From Eledone cirrhosa (taxonomy: Eukaryota), in assembly GCA_964016885.1 (NCBI GenBank), contig CAXHJY010001623.1, positions 30,720-94,719 on the forward strand: a stretch of 64,000 bases of DNA, read 5' to 3'. This document shows positions 24,049 to 37,244 of this stretch, one piece after another. Made by a program: the position numbers and the translations under genes. The notes under the pieces were generated by a model that worked only from the letters and a program-made list of their open reading frames with translations, searched no databases and had not been told where the DNA came from. Positions within the stretch are counted from its first letter, which is position 1, and each line of letters opens with the position of its first letter.

Positions 24049-25032
24049 CCAAAGCACTGAATATAACTGGACTCCATAATTTCTTTCCATTCGGACATTT
24101 TTCACATTTTTTCCTTTATTTTATTTATGATTCCTTTTTCCCTGTTATCTTTTCTTCTATGTACTTTTCCTTACATTTTCCTGATACATGTATTCTTATT
24201 TATCCCTACTAGAATGACTCAGATACCAACTATATCATTATCTAATTATTACCTTCTATACTTTTAATTTCACCTCTCATTTTCATTAAGATGCCAATTT
24301 TTTTTTCTAGTATGGAGTCATAAAAAATTAATAGGCTATTCCCTGCATCATTTAATATCCAATTTTGAACCCAATTCCTATTACGAATATACACAACAAC
24401 CAGTTAGATATTATTCTTACTATATTCGACTAATATCTAAATTTCTAGATTTCTAATTTTTAATTTTTTAAATTAAAAACTTTTGAATTTTTAGAATTTT
24501 GAAGTTTTAAATTTAAAATGTTTGATCTGTAATTTCACTTCTTAATGATAATTAATATTACCCATAGCTTTAAATTATATTCTCCCTTTGCGGTTATTGG
24601 TCGGTATATTATCCCGCCATAAATGGGAGGTGGGGACACACACACCCAAACACAGAATTCTGCCGAACACCGAAGCTAGCAGTAAACAACAAATCTGTGG
24701 CTGAATTGAAATCTCTGTGACCGTATCATATTGCCAGCTAAGATGGTGGAGGACTGGTGTGAATCACCTATGGTAGTAGTAATCTGGGTGGTGGTTAAGT
24801 GGTCAACTTCCAGCACCTCTGTATCTACGCTGAGCTGTCGGGAAGTTCTGAAGTTCACAAGGGAGCTGACAACCCCAGCAAAAACGATAATTTTTTTTAG
24901 TCCACTCCCTTGCACCCAGGACAGCCTCTGAAACGTAACATTTTACTCAATGTTGCATAGTTTGGAACTGGTAAAATCTTTATATATATATATGTGTGTA
25001 TATATATATATATATACACACATATATATATA

Positions 25033-25635
25033 CTAGCTGAATTACCCGTGCCTTGCTGCATTTCACACATTTTTTTTGTAAGAAAATGATGATTGATTGA
25101 TGAGTGATATAATTTATGGAGAAAAACTCTGCATTTCAATATTACTTAATGTAAAATGTAATGTATGAAACATTGGAAAACATCATTTTTTTGTAATATA
25201 TCAAATCAAAACATCATTTTTTGTAATATATCAAATCAAAACATCATTTTTTGTAATATATCAAATCAAAGTTTAATTATTTATTTTATAGCATAATAAA
25301 TACATGAAAATATATTTCATACTTTGTCCTAATGAAGAACTTCAGGGTAAACAACGTAAAAAGGGGGGGGGCTTTTTTTGTTGATTTATGTTTAATTAAT
25401 AGAAAAACCCCGTGATAAAAGAGGTTCAAATACTCAAGTTATGGGCTTCCAATATTTTCACAATAGGGGGTTTAACCCCCGTTAGGGTATCTTAATGTTA
25501 TTGAAATTTGCTGAAATTTTGTGAATAGACATCATATCTTGTCCTTTACCTATGGTTTAAATTTCATATAAATCGAAGGAAAAGATTTTCAGCAGGGGTT
25601 TGTGCCCCGGGGGAAATCTTTGATTAAAATGAAAT
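25033..25635 (-). mobile_element. Probable non-autonomous Helitron with a short ~30-bp internal tandem repeat
   Basis: The minus strand ends gcagcaaggcacgggtaattcagCTAG|t. aaaacatcattttttgtaatatatcaaatc occurs x3 at 25178-25270. The 5' end is uncertain. Confidence 0.45.
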
Positions 25636-25814
25636 ATACTTATCCATATCTATATATATGTGTGTGGGTATGTGTGTGTGTGTGTGTGTGTGTGCGTGTG
25701 TGTGTGCGTGTATATATATATGTGTATATATATTTATTTTATAAGATGTGGTCAATCGTCGACATCGAAAATGAATAAAACAATTTAGATTGAGTAGAAA
25801 GAATGTATTGTAAA

Positions 25815-26178
25815 ATAATGTCAACGTGTGTGAACGACCCAGCATGAATGTATTGAGAGAGAAACTGTGTCTGAGAGGGATAGAATGTAGTGTACGGGAG
25901 AGAGACTGATGTGGTATGGAGATGTGATGTGCATTGAGGATGACCGATGGGTGAAGAAGTGCCAGGAAATGCCAGTTGAAGGAAGACGTGGTAGAGGTAG
26001 ACCACGAAAAACATGGGCGGAGGTGGTGAGAACAGACCTCAGATAGCTGAAGCTCACTGTAGAGATGACGAAGGACCGTGACAAGTGGAGAGATGCTGTG
26101 CTGAATAAGACCCGTCCCACCCTTGCAAGCAGGGAAGAGCGGACGTAAAATGATGATAATAATAATAATGATAATAAT
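25815..26178 (+). mobile_element. RTE LINE 3' fragment (different subfamily, short 3' UTR)
   Basis: Decayed LREKL..WYG.V..GRRGRGRPRKTW coding sequence; tail ggacgtaaaatgatgataataat. Confidence 0.8.
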
Positions 26179-27257
26179 ATAAGAGAGTGTTCAGGTTTCC
26201 TTGAAGCATTGTGGAATAAGAAAAATAGTCAGTTTGGAAGCCTCGACGATGTATAATATATATATACATATAATATATATCTATATATATATAAAAAATA
26301 TATATGTAATGTATAATATATTTATACAGAGTTGTAATTATTAATTACCAGCATATTATCCACTGATCTTTCCCCTGGGTATCGCTGGGTTCTACTTCGA
26401 GTTTATCGATATTTCCACCCTTTTTAAATCTATTATTTCTTAACTTCCTTCTGTATAGTGTATAATATTAGCAGGAAATGAAAGGGTATTTATAGGTATA
26501 GAGATTTTCAATATATATTGGATGACTTTATCATAAATTAAATGTTTTAGTATTTTCAAAATAATTAAAATGTTTATAATAATAATATTGACTCAAGTAA
26601 TTAACACTATATTAGATTAATTACACTATTAGATTGTGTTGTGGTGACATGTCAAAGATATTGTTTTAATTGTCGACTGAAATATCTAAATTTTACTAAG
26701 AATTTCATGCAATTATTGTGTTAGTAATTTTAGATTAATTAAAAGTTATTTTAAAATATTTACCTTAGTCAAAAATGTCTGTCTTTGAGGCGACTTGTTG
26801 ATTCGTTTGTGGTTTTCGCATTACTGACTGGAAACCTTTCAATAGTTTTATTATATAAAGATCTTGGTTACCTGTGTGAGAAGGTGGGGGGGATTAAAGC
26901 ATGTCTATATTTGGGAGTGCCATTATCATAGATATGTGTGGGTGTGCCTATGTATGTGTAATCATGACTATCAATATATATGTGTGTGTCAGTCTATATT
27001 TGGAAGTGTTATTCTTAAAGATATGTGTGTCAGTGTCTGAGTGTGTATGAGATGGTTACTACTAATGGGATTGTAGAAGGGGTGTCTGAAGACATTATCT
27101 TTGGTCCCCTCCCATAATGAGGGAATAGAAAAGAAGAAATATTATCACACACACATACATACATACACACACACACACAGATTTTCTACACCTCAAATCT
27201 GTTAGTCACTATCTCTTTCCCTCCCTCTTTTAGTTTTATATATGTATATATATACAT

Positions 27258-27288
<31 letters not shown>

Positions 27289-27577
27289 AATATATATATA
27301 CATATATATATACATTTATATATATATGTATATATATATATATATATATATGTGTGTATGTATATATATATATATATATATATACATATATATATACACA
27401 TATACATATATGCATATATGAATATATATGTATATACACGTATACATATATGCATATGTATGTATATATATGTATATATAAACACACATCTGAATATGTA
27501 TACATATATATATATACATATATCTATATATATAGAAATCACATGGAGATCTGATTAATACTATGTATTTATAGATG

Positions 27578-27616
<39 letters not shown>

Positions 27617-27621
<5 letters not shown>

Positions 27622-27755
27622 TACGAGTAGGACCCCGACGGCTGAGCTCAGCCGTTGGGGTCCTACTCGTTCCTATTACCCACTCTACTACCCTAAGTAT
27701 TGAGTACTTTGGTGCGTTATGGTCCACCTGGTTCCTTACCACATTTCCTTCGTTA
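27617..27755 (-). repeat. Short TA-embedded element with a terminal ~59-bp palindrome; related copy at 61308-61415
   Basis: acgagtaggaccccgacggctgag|ctcagccgttggggtcctactcgt. It shares aacgaaggaaatgtggtaaggaaccaggtggaccataacgcacca with the 61308 copy. Confidence 0.75.
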
Positions 27756-27760
27756 TATAT

Positions 27761-27793
<33 letters not shown>

Positions 27794-27889
27794 CATTCAT
27801 ATACATATATACATATATGAATATGAATGTATATATATGTAAACATGTATGTATGTATATATTTATATATATATTATATATGTATATGT

Positions 27890-28929
27890 ATATAGATTTT
27901 ATATGTGGCCGGTGCTCAGGTGCAATAAGTAGCAGCAAGTGCCCAGGGAATACTAGCTCATTCCATTGCACAGATGGTTCTATAGAAATAGTGGACAGCT
28001 TCCGTTACTTGGGTGACAAAATCAGCAGTGGGGGAGGGTGCTCTGAAAGTACAGTAGCCAGAGTCAGAACGGGATGGAAAAAGTTCAGAGAGCTTATACC
28101 ACTATTAGCCGCTAAAGGGTTCTCTCTTAAAATGAAAGGCAGGTTGTATGATGCCTGCATACGAACAGCAATGTTGCATGGCAGTGAGACCTGGGCATTG
28201 TGTGCAGAGGATATACGCAGACTAGAGAGGAACGAAGCTTGCATGCTCCGCTGGATGTGTAATAGTAATATACGTGAACGGCAAAGCGTAAACGAACTAA
28301 GGGAGAAATTAGGAATAAGAGGGATCAGATGTTGTTTACTCGAGAGAAGACTACGTTGGTACGGTCACATGATGCGCATGAAAGACGACAGCTGTATAAA
28401 AAAGTACCGGGCAATAAAAATAGACAGTAGCCACGGATTAGGCAGACCCAGAAAAACCTGGGACGACTTGATAAATTCCGATCTCACACACTTACACCTC
28501 TCCAAGACAATGTCACTGGACCGAGATCTTTGGCGCTACACAGTCATACAGAAGACTCGCCTTACCTAAGTACAAAGCGAAACCTACAGTCAGAGGCACC
28601 TCTAACAAAATTACCCCCCCCCCCCTTAAATGTGAAGTTATGTTGGTACCACAACATCCAGTCCAAAACAAATGAGGTCGTGTAGGTGTCACGACAAAAA
28701 AACACACAGTCCACGCTGTAATGTGGCTGTGTAGGTAACACTTTAAAAACCTCCCAGTCCACACTGTAAACGTGGTTGGTGTTAGGAAGGGCATCAAGCT
28801 GTAGAAAACCCGCCAGACAGTCCTGAGCAAGACAACCAATCTTGCCTCAAATGGGACAATTCCCGTCCAGACCCATGCTAGCGTGGAAAATGGACGTTAA
28901 ACAATGATGATGATGATGTTGATGATGAT
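27890..28929 (+). mobile_element. RTE LINE 3' fragment
   Basis: IDFICGRC..VDSFRYLG..RRLRWYGH up to the stop at 28569, then 3' UTR and (GAT)n tail homologous to 21112-21502. Confidence 0.92.
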
Positions 28930-29763
28930 ATATTTTAGCAAGGTTTTTTGTAAATCGTGTGTTGAAACAAATATTGTTATATTTGGGGAGGGTCATATTG
29001 TTATAATATTGCCAGAAACAATAATAAAACACACTCACTATTTGGTTTAGGTTGGTTTTTGCTTCTCCATAGTTAATTTATCTGACAATCAATGTTTACC
29101 AAGGGTTAAAAATACAGATATAACTATATATATTGTCTATCAAAGTTCTTTCATCACACATCTGTAACATCATCAGTGGTACGATTATGTTTCCTCAAGT
29201 TGTATTGTAATGCCTACGTTATTTTTGTTTTATTTATTTATCTATTCTTGTCTCTGTCTCTGTTTGTGCATGTGTGTTTTCTCTTTGGGGTGTGTGTTCG
29301 TGTCTGAGTCTATGTGTGTTTGTATTCTATCTTTGTTCACTAGTGTGTATTTATGTCTGGTCATTGTTCTTGTACTTGTGTATATTTATTAATATTTATC
29401 TTAGGTCAGTATTGTGTGTTTGGGTATTGTTGTTGTTGTTGTTATTCCATTTGTTCTTTATGTTCAACTTTGGTTTTCTTAGTTCTATTTCAGTTGTTTC
29501 TCTGATTTGTCGACATGTTGAGTCATTTTTATGTTTAGATGTTATTTTAATTTCTATGTTGTCTATATTACCGCCATGTCTTTGTCTGGCGTGTTCGTGT
29601 AGTACTAAACCGTCTTTTTGTCCTTTTAGTCCCCCCCCCCCCCAGTGTTGGTCTATTCTTTCTCCTATGCTTCGAGCTGTCTCACCTATGTATGTCATAG
29701 TACCCTCTGTACATCTTATGCTATAGACTTCATTTCTAATTTTACAATTTATCTGGGGCTTCA
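28930..29763 (-). mobile_element. Penelope-like element, 3' part (GIY-YIG domain + 3' UTR)
   Basis: KPQINCKIRNEVYSIRC..YIGETARSIGERIDQH..RQIRE..LN.K. A degenerate HHR core (CTGATGA..GAAA) lies at ~29135-29185. The left boundary is approximate. Confidence 0.8.
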
Positions 29764-31127
29764 TCTCTATTCTATAAAGCTGACGGCCGTATGTAGGTAA
29801 CAAACTTTCCACCAAACTGCTTGACCAAACAACACCAAATTTGCACCATAGATGTAACTTTTTCCAAGTAAAAAAATGAGGGTATTTTTATCGACTGAAT
29901 TTTGTTAAAAGATTAAAGACATTATTTAAATATTCACTTCTTTAAAATTTCAAATGTCAACACTTCCGGTTATACGTCATTTCTCACTTTCTCTTATGAT
30001 GTCGCACAACATTCCCCTCTTTTTTTTAGTCTGTATGTCTGCTTTAGATAACGTTTTTCGAAATATTTACTTCTGCGTTCACAGACTGATTTTTTATGCT
30101 TCAGAAGATCCTGTTAAGGGTGAAAGCAGCGATTCTTTGCTTAAACTTTAATCTGTTATTTTAATATATATATTCGTGTACAGATATTTTTGTATACACA
30201 AAAACAAAAACCTATTTATTTCACGAAAGCACAGATGGCTTATCGTCATTGTTACTGTTCGAGGTTAGAAGACCACAGTCTTTCCAAGATCTGAGAACCA
30301 TCAATGGCCATCAATGTTCCACTTACCGTTTGGCTTGCCAGATGCGTGGTATGTTACACGATGACAGCAATTGACACCTCACCCTGCAAGAAGCAGCAAC
30401 TGCTAAAGTCCCTTCTCAGCTGCGAAAACGTTTTGCTATTATGCTGCACAACTGCGATCTTGCCGACCCTCTCACAATGTGGAGCAACCACCGCGAAATT
30501 CTAGCTGAGGACATCCTCCACAGTACACGCAGACACAATCCGAACGTAACATATGCTGTCATTTTCAATTAGGCGCTCATTTGTCTTGAAAACAGTGCCC
30601 TGAAGATTGGTGGTAGGCCTCTAAGTCACTACAGCTTATCTTCTCCTGACAGGAGTGTCCAGAGGTCGTCTACAGAGCTTCTCCGTGAGACGAGCTACAA
30701 GATCAGTGATTCTCCCATGGTCAATTGTATGTAGGATGCTCTAGGGTGAGCTCGCCAAACAATCTCTTCATCTTTGCTCCGGAGGGCCGAACAAAAAATA
30801 TTGTATACTCTGAGGCTCTAACAATGTAATTTAAATATTTTCTGTTACTTGGAATTTCCATTATGGTTGTACAAATTATTGTTTGTTAAAAAATGTGTTC
30901 TCTGTTCAGCCTTTATTGTTGTAACTATCAACTTTCTTTAACATACTGGCTGTTGAACTGTGGAATCCTAAAAACTATTCAAACCCAACATCAGAGCACG
31001 TTAACCCCCTCCCCCCTCGCTGACTTGAGAGGGCATGCGGTATCTTTGCACTAGAGTGTAGGGGGGATTGCTGAAAAGATAAAATGCCGGTAAACCTAGC
31101 TGGGCGCCAGACGGACAGGCCAGCTAG
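29764..31127 (+). mobile_element. Internally deleted Helitron (1364 bp) inserted into the Penelope ORF
   Basis: A|TCtctattctataaagc ... ccagCTAG|T termini with RepHel remnants inside. Excision restores the host reading frame. Confidence 0.88.
30249..30829 (+). pseudogene. Helitron Rep/helicase remnants
   Basis: LLLFEVRRPQSFQDLRTINGHQCSTYRLAC..GMLHDDSN*..PSQLRKRFAIML..LAEDIL, fused by deletion to the Pif1-type C-terminus FSHGQLYVGCSRV..RTKNIVYSEAL. In-frame stops are present. Confidence 0.88.
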
Positions 31128-31445
31128 TTCTACATATAACACATTTCTTATTCGTACAGTGGGTTTTACTGATCAGGAATTTTATGGTAGTTCCTGGCTT
31201 TTCTACCACTTTAATCTTTAAATGGGTCTTTCTTGGGGCCTTTCTACATTGGTTAGCTAATTTCGTGGATGCTCCAGGGGTAGCATTCACGAACATGACA
31301 CTCTGGTATCTCTGGTTGTTGTACCATGAAGTGGCTTTCCCTATCTTATGTTTAGTCCTATCTAGGCTATTCCATGATTTGCTCCTGTATAATGGGCAAA
31401 TTCCTTTCATGTCCATTTCTATGAGGGTCTTATATTTCTCTGTGG
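31128..31445 (-). mobile_element. Penelope-like element, upstream part (post-RT linker)
   Basis: GICPLYRSKSW..SWY..SVMFVNATPG..KIKVVEKPGTTIK..CTNKKCVICR continues in frame into 29763. Confidence 0.75.
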
Positions 31446-31871
31446 CTCCTTTGTATACACTAAACGAGGACGTAGTGGAACTACGTTGTACCTCGCAATA
31501 GCAATATTTTCATATGCAATAAGGTTAAAGAGACCAATGGTAAATCACGTATGAATACAGTGTCACTGTCTCAGGTGAAAACCACGGTACACGAGAGATG
31601 AGGAGATGACTACGGAAGTGTGAAAAATTATTACAGAATGACTCCTACTATATTCCTTTCGACAATAAAAATTATATTTATAGAGGATTGAGCGTTAAAG
31701 AGATATTATTTATATCCTGGAAGTCAGAAGCATGTCACTACAAATAAGAAGCAACCAACTCATCGACTAACGTATTTCTCTTATATCATTTGTAAAAAAA
31801 CAAGATCCTGAGAAGATTTCAACTTGCAGTTATAAAAAGATATAGGTAATATTTAACTCCTCATCCTTTCT

Positions 31872-33921
31872 ATAAGGAGAATGAATTGGATGAAGATAAT
31901 TTGCTTGAAGTAAACCCAACAGAGGGACCAGCAGTACAAGTATAGTAAGTAAGGCAATCAAGGATATGAAGATGGGCAAAGCTGCTGGACCTTCTGGTAT
32001 AGTTGCTGAGATGCTGACAGCATCAGGTGTGGTAGATCACCCTTTAGTCTTCTGTATTGTAAACCAAGTAATACAAAATTGTATCATACCCAATGCTTGG
32101 TGTAGCAGCATCATTGTCAACTGCTACAACGGGGACAGAGATGCCCTAAAAAGAGGAAACTGTAGAGGCATCAAGTTAATTGTCCAGGTGATGAAGGTCA
32201 CAGAAAGAGTTATAGCACAGATGAGCAGAGGCTAAGTTAACCTAAATGAGATGTAATTCAGATCTGTGCCAGGTAAAAGTAACCCTGATGCTCTCCTCTC
32301 TTCGAGGCAACTGAAGGAGAAGTACCTAGCTAAAAGTAAACCCTATACTTTGCTTTTATGGACATAAAGAAAGCTTTTTATAGAGTCCTTCACTTCATTA
32401 CCTGGTTGGCTCTTGAAAAACTAGTAGATATGTGACTTCTGAGGGAAGTACAAGCCATGTATAGGGGAACAGTCAGCAAGTTTAGAATTAACAACTTCTA
32501 GTGAAGAATTTAGCGTGCAGGTAGGAGTACATCAGGGCTCTGTTCTTAGCCCTATCCTGTTTATTATCATCCTGCAGGCAATAACGGAGGAGTTTCAGAC
32601 TGGCTGCCCATGGGAACTTCTATATGCTGATGGACTAACCCTTGTAGCTGAATCTATGGCAGAACTAGAAAAGAAATTCCAAACCTGGAAGCATGGCCTA
32701 GAATCTGAAGGTCTTAAAGTGAACTTGGCAAAGACTAAAGTCATAGTATGTAGGAAGGATAACAGGGCCTTGCTCAGTGTGTGGGAAAGGAGCAGGTAGA
32801 AACTCCATCCAGTGTCCCAAATGCAAGCTATGTGTACACAAGATGTGTAGTGGGATCTCAGGCAGGCTATCAAAGAACTATGTTTTATATGTGGCCGATG
32901 CTCAGGTGCAGTAACTAGCAAGTGCCCACAGGATACTAGCTCCTTTAAATGCCTAGAGGTTTCAGTAGAAGTAGTTGATAGTTTCCGTTACTTGGGCGAC
33001 CAAATTAGCAATGGAGGAGGGTGTTCTGAAAGTACAGTAGCTAGAGTAAGAATGGGATGGAGACAGTTCAGACAGTTAATAGTGCTGTTAGTTACACATG
33101 ATTGTCCCCTCAAAATGAAGGGCAGATTGTATGATGTGTGTATACGAACAGGAATGTTACATGGCAATGAGACCTGGGCACAGTATCCAGAGGACCTACA
33201 AAAAGTGGAAAGAAATGAAGCTTCCATGCTCTGATGGATGTGTATTAGTAATATATGTGAATGGCAAAGCATAAATAAACTGAGATGAAATTAGGCATAA
33301 GAAGGATCAGATGCAGTGTACAGGAGAGGAGAATGTATTAGTATGGACATGTGATGTGTATGGGGGTTGACAGCTGTATAAAAAAGTGCAGAGCACTCAA
33401 AGTTGAAGGGAGCTATGGAGATGTTGGAAGACTTGGGATGAGGTGATAAAAGCTGACCTTGCACAATTACACTTCTCAAAGGGTATGACACAGGACCATG
33501 ATCTCTGGCACTATGCTGTCATACAGAAGACCCACCTTCCCCTATGAAGGGGCTGAGGCATACATCTAGTATGCACCACCTTCCATCCCATAGACCTTCC
33601 ACGTTGTAGTCACCCCACCCTTATATCTACCTCTTAAATTCCCCATGCATCTCACCCACCCAGGTCCCCAAACAACACTATATAAGTGGTCAGCTTGGCA
33701 CCACGACAATGAGTGCCCAATCGACACTGTAAAGTGGTCGTGTTGGTAACATGACTAAAAGCACCCAGTACACATTGTTGTTGGCATTAGGACAACCAGA
33801 CATAGAAATGAAGCCAAAATCAGTTCTGTGTGAGCAAAACATGGTCCCCTGACATGGCTCACATGACAGCTCATCTAACCCATGCTAGCGTGGAAAATGG
33901 ACGTTGAATGATGAAGATGAT
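31872..33921 (+). mobile_element. RTE LINE, decayed (multiple frameshifts and stops)
   Basis: [34 protein letters not shown]; tail ggacgttgaatgatgaagatgat. Confidence 0.9.
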
Positions 33922-33932
33922 ATATGCATACA

Positions 33933-34356
33933 CAGGGTCGGTGACAGACTACCTGGCACCCTAGGCAAGCTGACAATCTGGCACCCTCAAAGGAAAATAT
34001 CAATTTCAAAATTTATAAATAAAAAAATGTTTGTTTTATATTTTCACCATGTATTTGTCCCTGTATGAAATAAAAGTGAAATATATCTATTTATTTTTTT
34101 TTTTTAATCAGTACCCTAGCCAGCTCCACTTGAAATCAGTGCCCTAGGCAGCGCCACTTGAAATCTGTGCTCTAGCCAGCTCCACTTGAAATCAGTACCC
34201 CAGGCAGTGCCACTTGAAATCAGTGCCCTAGGCAGTGCCACTTGAAATCTGTGTCCTAGCCAGCTCCACTTGAAATCAGTACCCTAGGCAGTGCCACTTG
34301 AAATCAGTGCCCTAGGCAGCTGCCTAGTTTGCCTATAGGGTAGCACCAGCCCTCTG
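33933..34356. mobile_element. MITE-like element with imperfect TIRs and an internal 28-bp minisatellite (~7.5 units)
   Basis: Ends cagggtcggtg / caccagccctctg, subterminal gcaccctaggcaa repeats, unit gtgccctaggcagtgccacttgaaatca. No clean TSD seen. Confidence 0.6.
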
Positions 34357-34534
34357 TATACATAAACAATCAACTAGCAATGACTGAAATAATTGGCGCG
34401 GAAATATGATAATTTATCTCTAGACTCCTCCCGTAATTTTTCCCAGCTTTGACTTTCCTGTTTTAACTGAATGTTTTAACATGATAGATTTAAAACATGA
34501 TCTATATCTATTATATCCTTTGTTTCATTGATGT

Positions 34535-34773
34535 GTGATTGATTGTACCTAGGTAAATAGCTGACATGTGTGTACATGTATATATATATATATGTGTGTG
34601 TGTGTGTGATTGCACCTATGTAAATACCTGACGTGTGTGTACATGTATATATATATATATGTGTGTGTGTGTGTGATTGCACCTATGTAAATACCTGACA
34701 TGTGTGTACATGTATATATATATATGTGTGTGTGTGATTGCACCTATGTAAATACCTGACATGTGTGTACATG

Positions 34774-34805
<32 letters not shown>

Positions 34806-34865
34806 ATTGCACCTATGTAAATACCTGACGTGTGTGTACATGTATATATATGTATGTATGTGTGT
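34535..34865. repeat. ~55-60-bp minisatellite with embedded TA/TG microsatellites
   Basis: Unit gattgcacctatgtaaatacctgacatgtgtgtacatg(ta)n(tg)n; inverted copies at ~38700, 45660, 50900 and 57030. Confidence 0.85.
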
Positions 34866-34962
34866 ATCTGTTACATTGACGTAAGTTGAAAAACCTTTGT
34901 ATAGTTTAGTCTTTGTCTGTGATGAGTCACCAGTAAAGATAGATATCAATCTATGTATATAT

Positions 34963-37059
34963 TATCATCATCATCATCATCATCGTTTAACGTCCATGTT
35001 CCACGCTTGCATCGGTTTGAACGGATGTTTTCCCACCTGAGGCAAGAGTGGTTGTCTTGCTAGCATAGGACTGTCTGGCGGGTTTTCTACAGCTGGATGC
35101 CCTTCCTAACACCAACCACATTTACAGTGTGGGTCTGGGAGGTTTTTACCGTGTTGCCTACACGGCCACATTACAGCCTGGACTGTGGTGTTTTTTTGTC
35201 GTGACACCTACACGATCTCATTTGTTTCGGCCTGGATGTTGTGGCACCAACATAACTTTACATTGAAAGGGGCGGTGTGAATGGGTGGGGGTGTATTGCT
35301 AGAGATGCCTACTGACTGTAGTAGGTTTTACTTTGTATTTAGGTAAGGTTGGTCTTCTCTGTTACTGAGTACTGCCAAAGGTCTCGGTCTAGTGACATTG
35401 TCTTGGTGAGGTGTAAGTGTGTGAGGTCGGAATTTATCAGCTCGTCCCAGGTTTTTCTGGGTCTGCCTACTCCATGGCTACCGTCTATCTTTATTGCCCT
35501 GCACTTTGTTATACAGCTGTCATCTTTCATGCGCATCACGTGACCGTACCAACGTAGCCTTCTCTCGAGTAAACAACATCTGATCCCTCTTATTTCTAAT
35601 TTTTTCCTTAGTTCGTTTATGCTTTGCCGTTCATGTATATTACTATTACACATCCAGCGGAGCATGTAAGCTTCGTTCCTCTCTAGTCTGCGTATATACT
35701 CTGCACACAATGCCCAGGTCTCACTGCCATGTAACATTGCTGTTCGTATGCAGGAATCATACAGCCTGCCTTTCATTTTTAGGGAGAACCCTTTAGCGGC
35801 TAATAGTGGTATAAGCTCACTGAACTTTTTCCATCCAGTTCTGACTCTAGCTACTGTACTTCCAGAGCACCCTCCCCCACTGTTGATTTTGTCGCCCAGG
35901 TAACGGAAACTGTCCACTATTTCTATAGAGCCATCTGTGCAATGGCATGAGCTAGTATTCTCTGGGCACTTGCTGCTACTTATTGCACCAGAGCACCGGC
36001 CACATATAAAATCTATGTTCTCAGTTAGCTTACCTATGATCCCACTACATCTTTTATGCACCCATACTTTTCATTTGGGACATAAAATGAAGTTTCTACC
36101 TACTCCTTTCCTACACACTGAGCATGGCCATTTCCCAGATGGGACCGGCGCCCTATTTTCCTTCCTACAAACTATAACTTTAGTCTTAGACAGGTTAATT
36201 TTAAGGCCTTTTGATTCTAGGCCTAGCTTCCATGTTTGGAATTTCTTCTCTAGTTCGGCCATTGATTCAGCTATGAGTGTTAGATCATCTGCGTATAGGA
36301 GTTCCCATGGGCAGCCGGTCTTCAACTCCACTGTTATAGCCTGAAGGGCAATAATAAATAGTAGGGGCTAAGAACGGAGCCCTGATGAACACCAACTTTT
36401 ATGCTAAACTCTTCACTATATTCGTTGTTAATTCTAACCTTGCTGACTGTTTCTTTATACATGGCTTGTTTAGCTCTCACGAGCCATTCATCAACACCTA
36501 GTTTTCTAAGAGCCCACCAGATAATGGAACGGGGGACTCTGTCGAAGGCTTTCTCCAAGTCGACAAAAGCTCAGTATAGGGGTTTACTTTTAGCTAGGTA
36601 CTTCTCCTGTAGTTGTCGTACAATGAAAAGAACGTCTGTGGTACTTTTGCCTGACACAAACCCGAACTGCATTTCATCTAGATCAATTCTCTCTCTGATT
36701 AGTTGCACTATTACTTTTTCTGTGACCTTCATGAGCTGGTCGATTAATTTAATGCCTCTATAGTTACTCCTATCTAGGGCATCTCCTTTACCCTTGTAGC
36801 AGTTAATGATGATGCTGCTACGCCAGTCCTTCGGAACAACCCCATTCTGTATGACTTGGTTTACTATCCGGGTGACCATGGCATGTCCCCCCGTTCCAGA
36901 ATCTTTCAGCATTTCAGCAACTATTTCCGAAGGCCCAGCCGCCTTACCCGTCTTCATGTCTTTGATTGCCTTACTTATTATACTACCTTCGACTAACACT
37001 GCTGGTCCCTCTATTGGGTCGATGTGGGGGAGACTGTCTTTCTCCCATTTATTCTCCTA
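34963..37059 (-). mobile_element. RTE LINE, 5'-truncated, with stops and a frameshift
   Basis: ORF pieces 36571-36999, 36334-36558, 36071-36331 and 35339-36061; (ATC)n tail at 34963. Confidence 0.92.
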
Positions 37060-37064
37060 TAGAT

Positions 37065-37238
37065 ATATAATTGTTTCTACTTTTGGCACAAGGCCAGCAA
37101 TTATCCCAGTGTATTACTGGTACTTTATTCTATCGACCCCGTAAGGATGAAAGGCAAAGTTAACCTTGACAGGATTTGAACTCAGACCATAAAGGGAGGT
37201 AACTATGCTGGAAAGCATGGCGTCCAACCCTCTACCGA
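37065..37238 (-). mobile_element. tRNA-derived SINE (type 1)
   Basis: B-box gagttcaaatcc followed by ttgcctttcatccttacggggtcgatagaataaagtaccagt, which resembles cephalopod SINE cores as I recall them. Confidence 0.65.
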
Positions 37239-37244
37239 TAATAT

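Noticed and set aside
30098-30132. HHR-like cagaagatcctgttaagggtgaaa inside the Helitron
   Set aside because: The core is mutated (CAGAAGA) and there is no convincing stem I or III.
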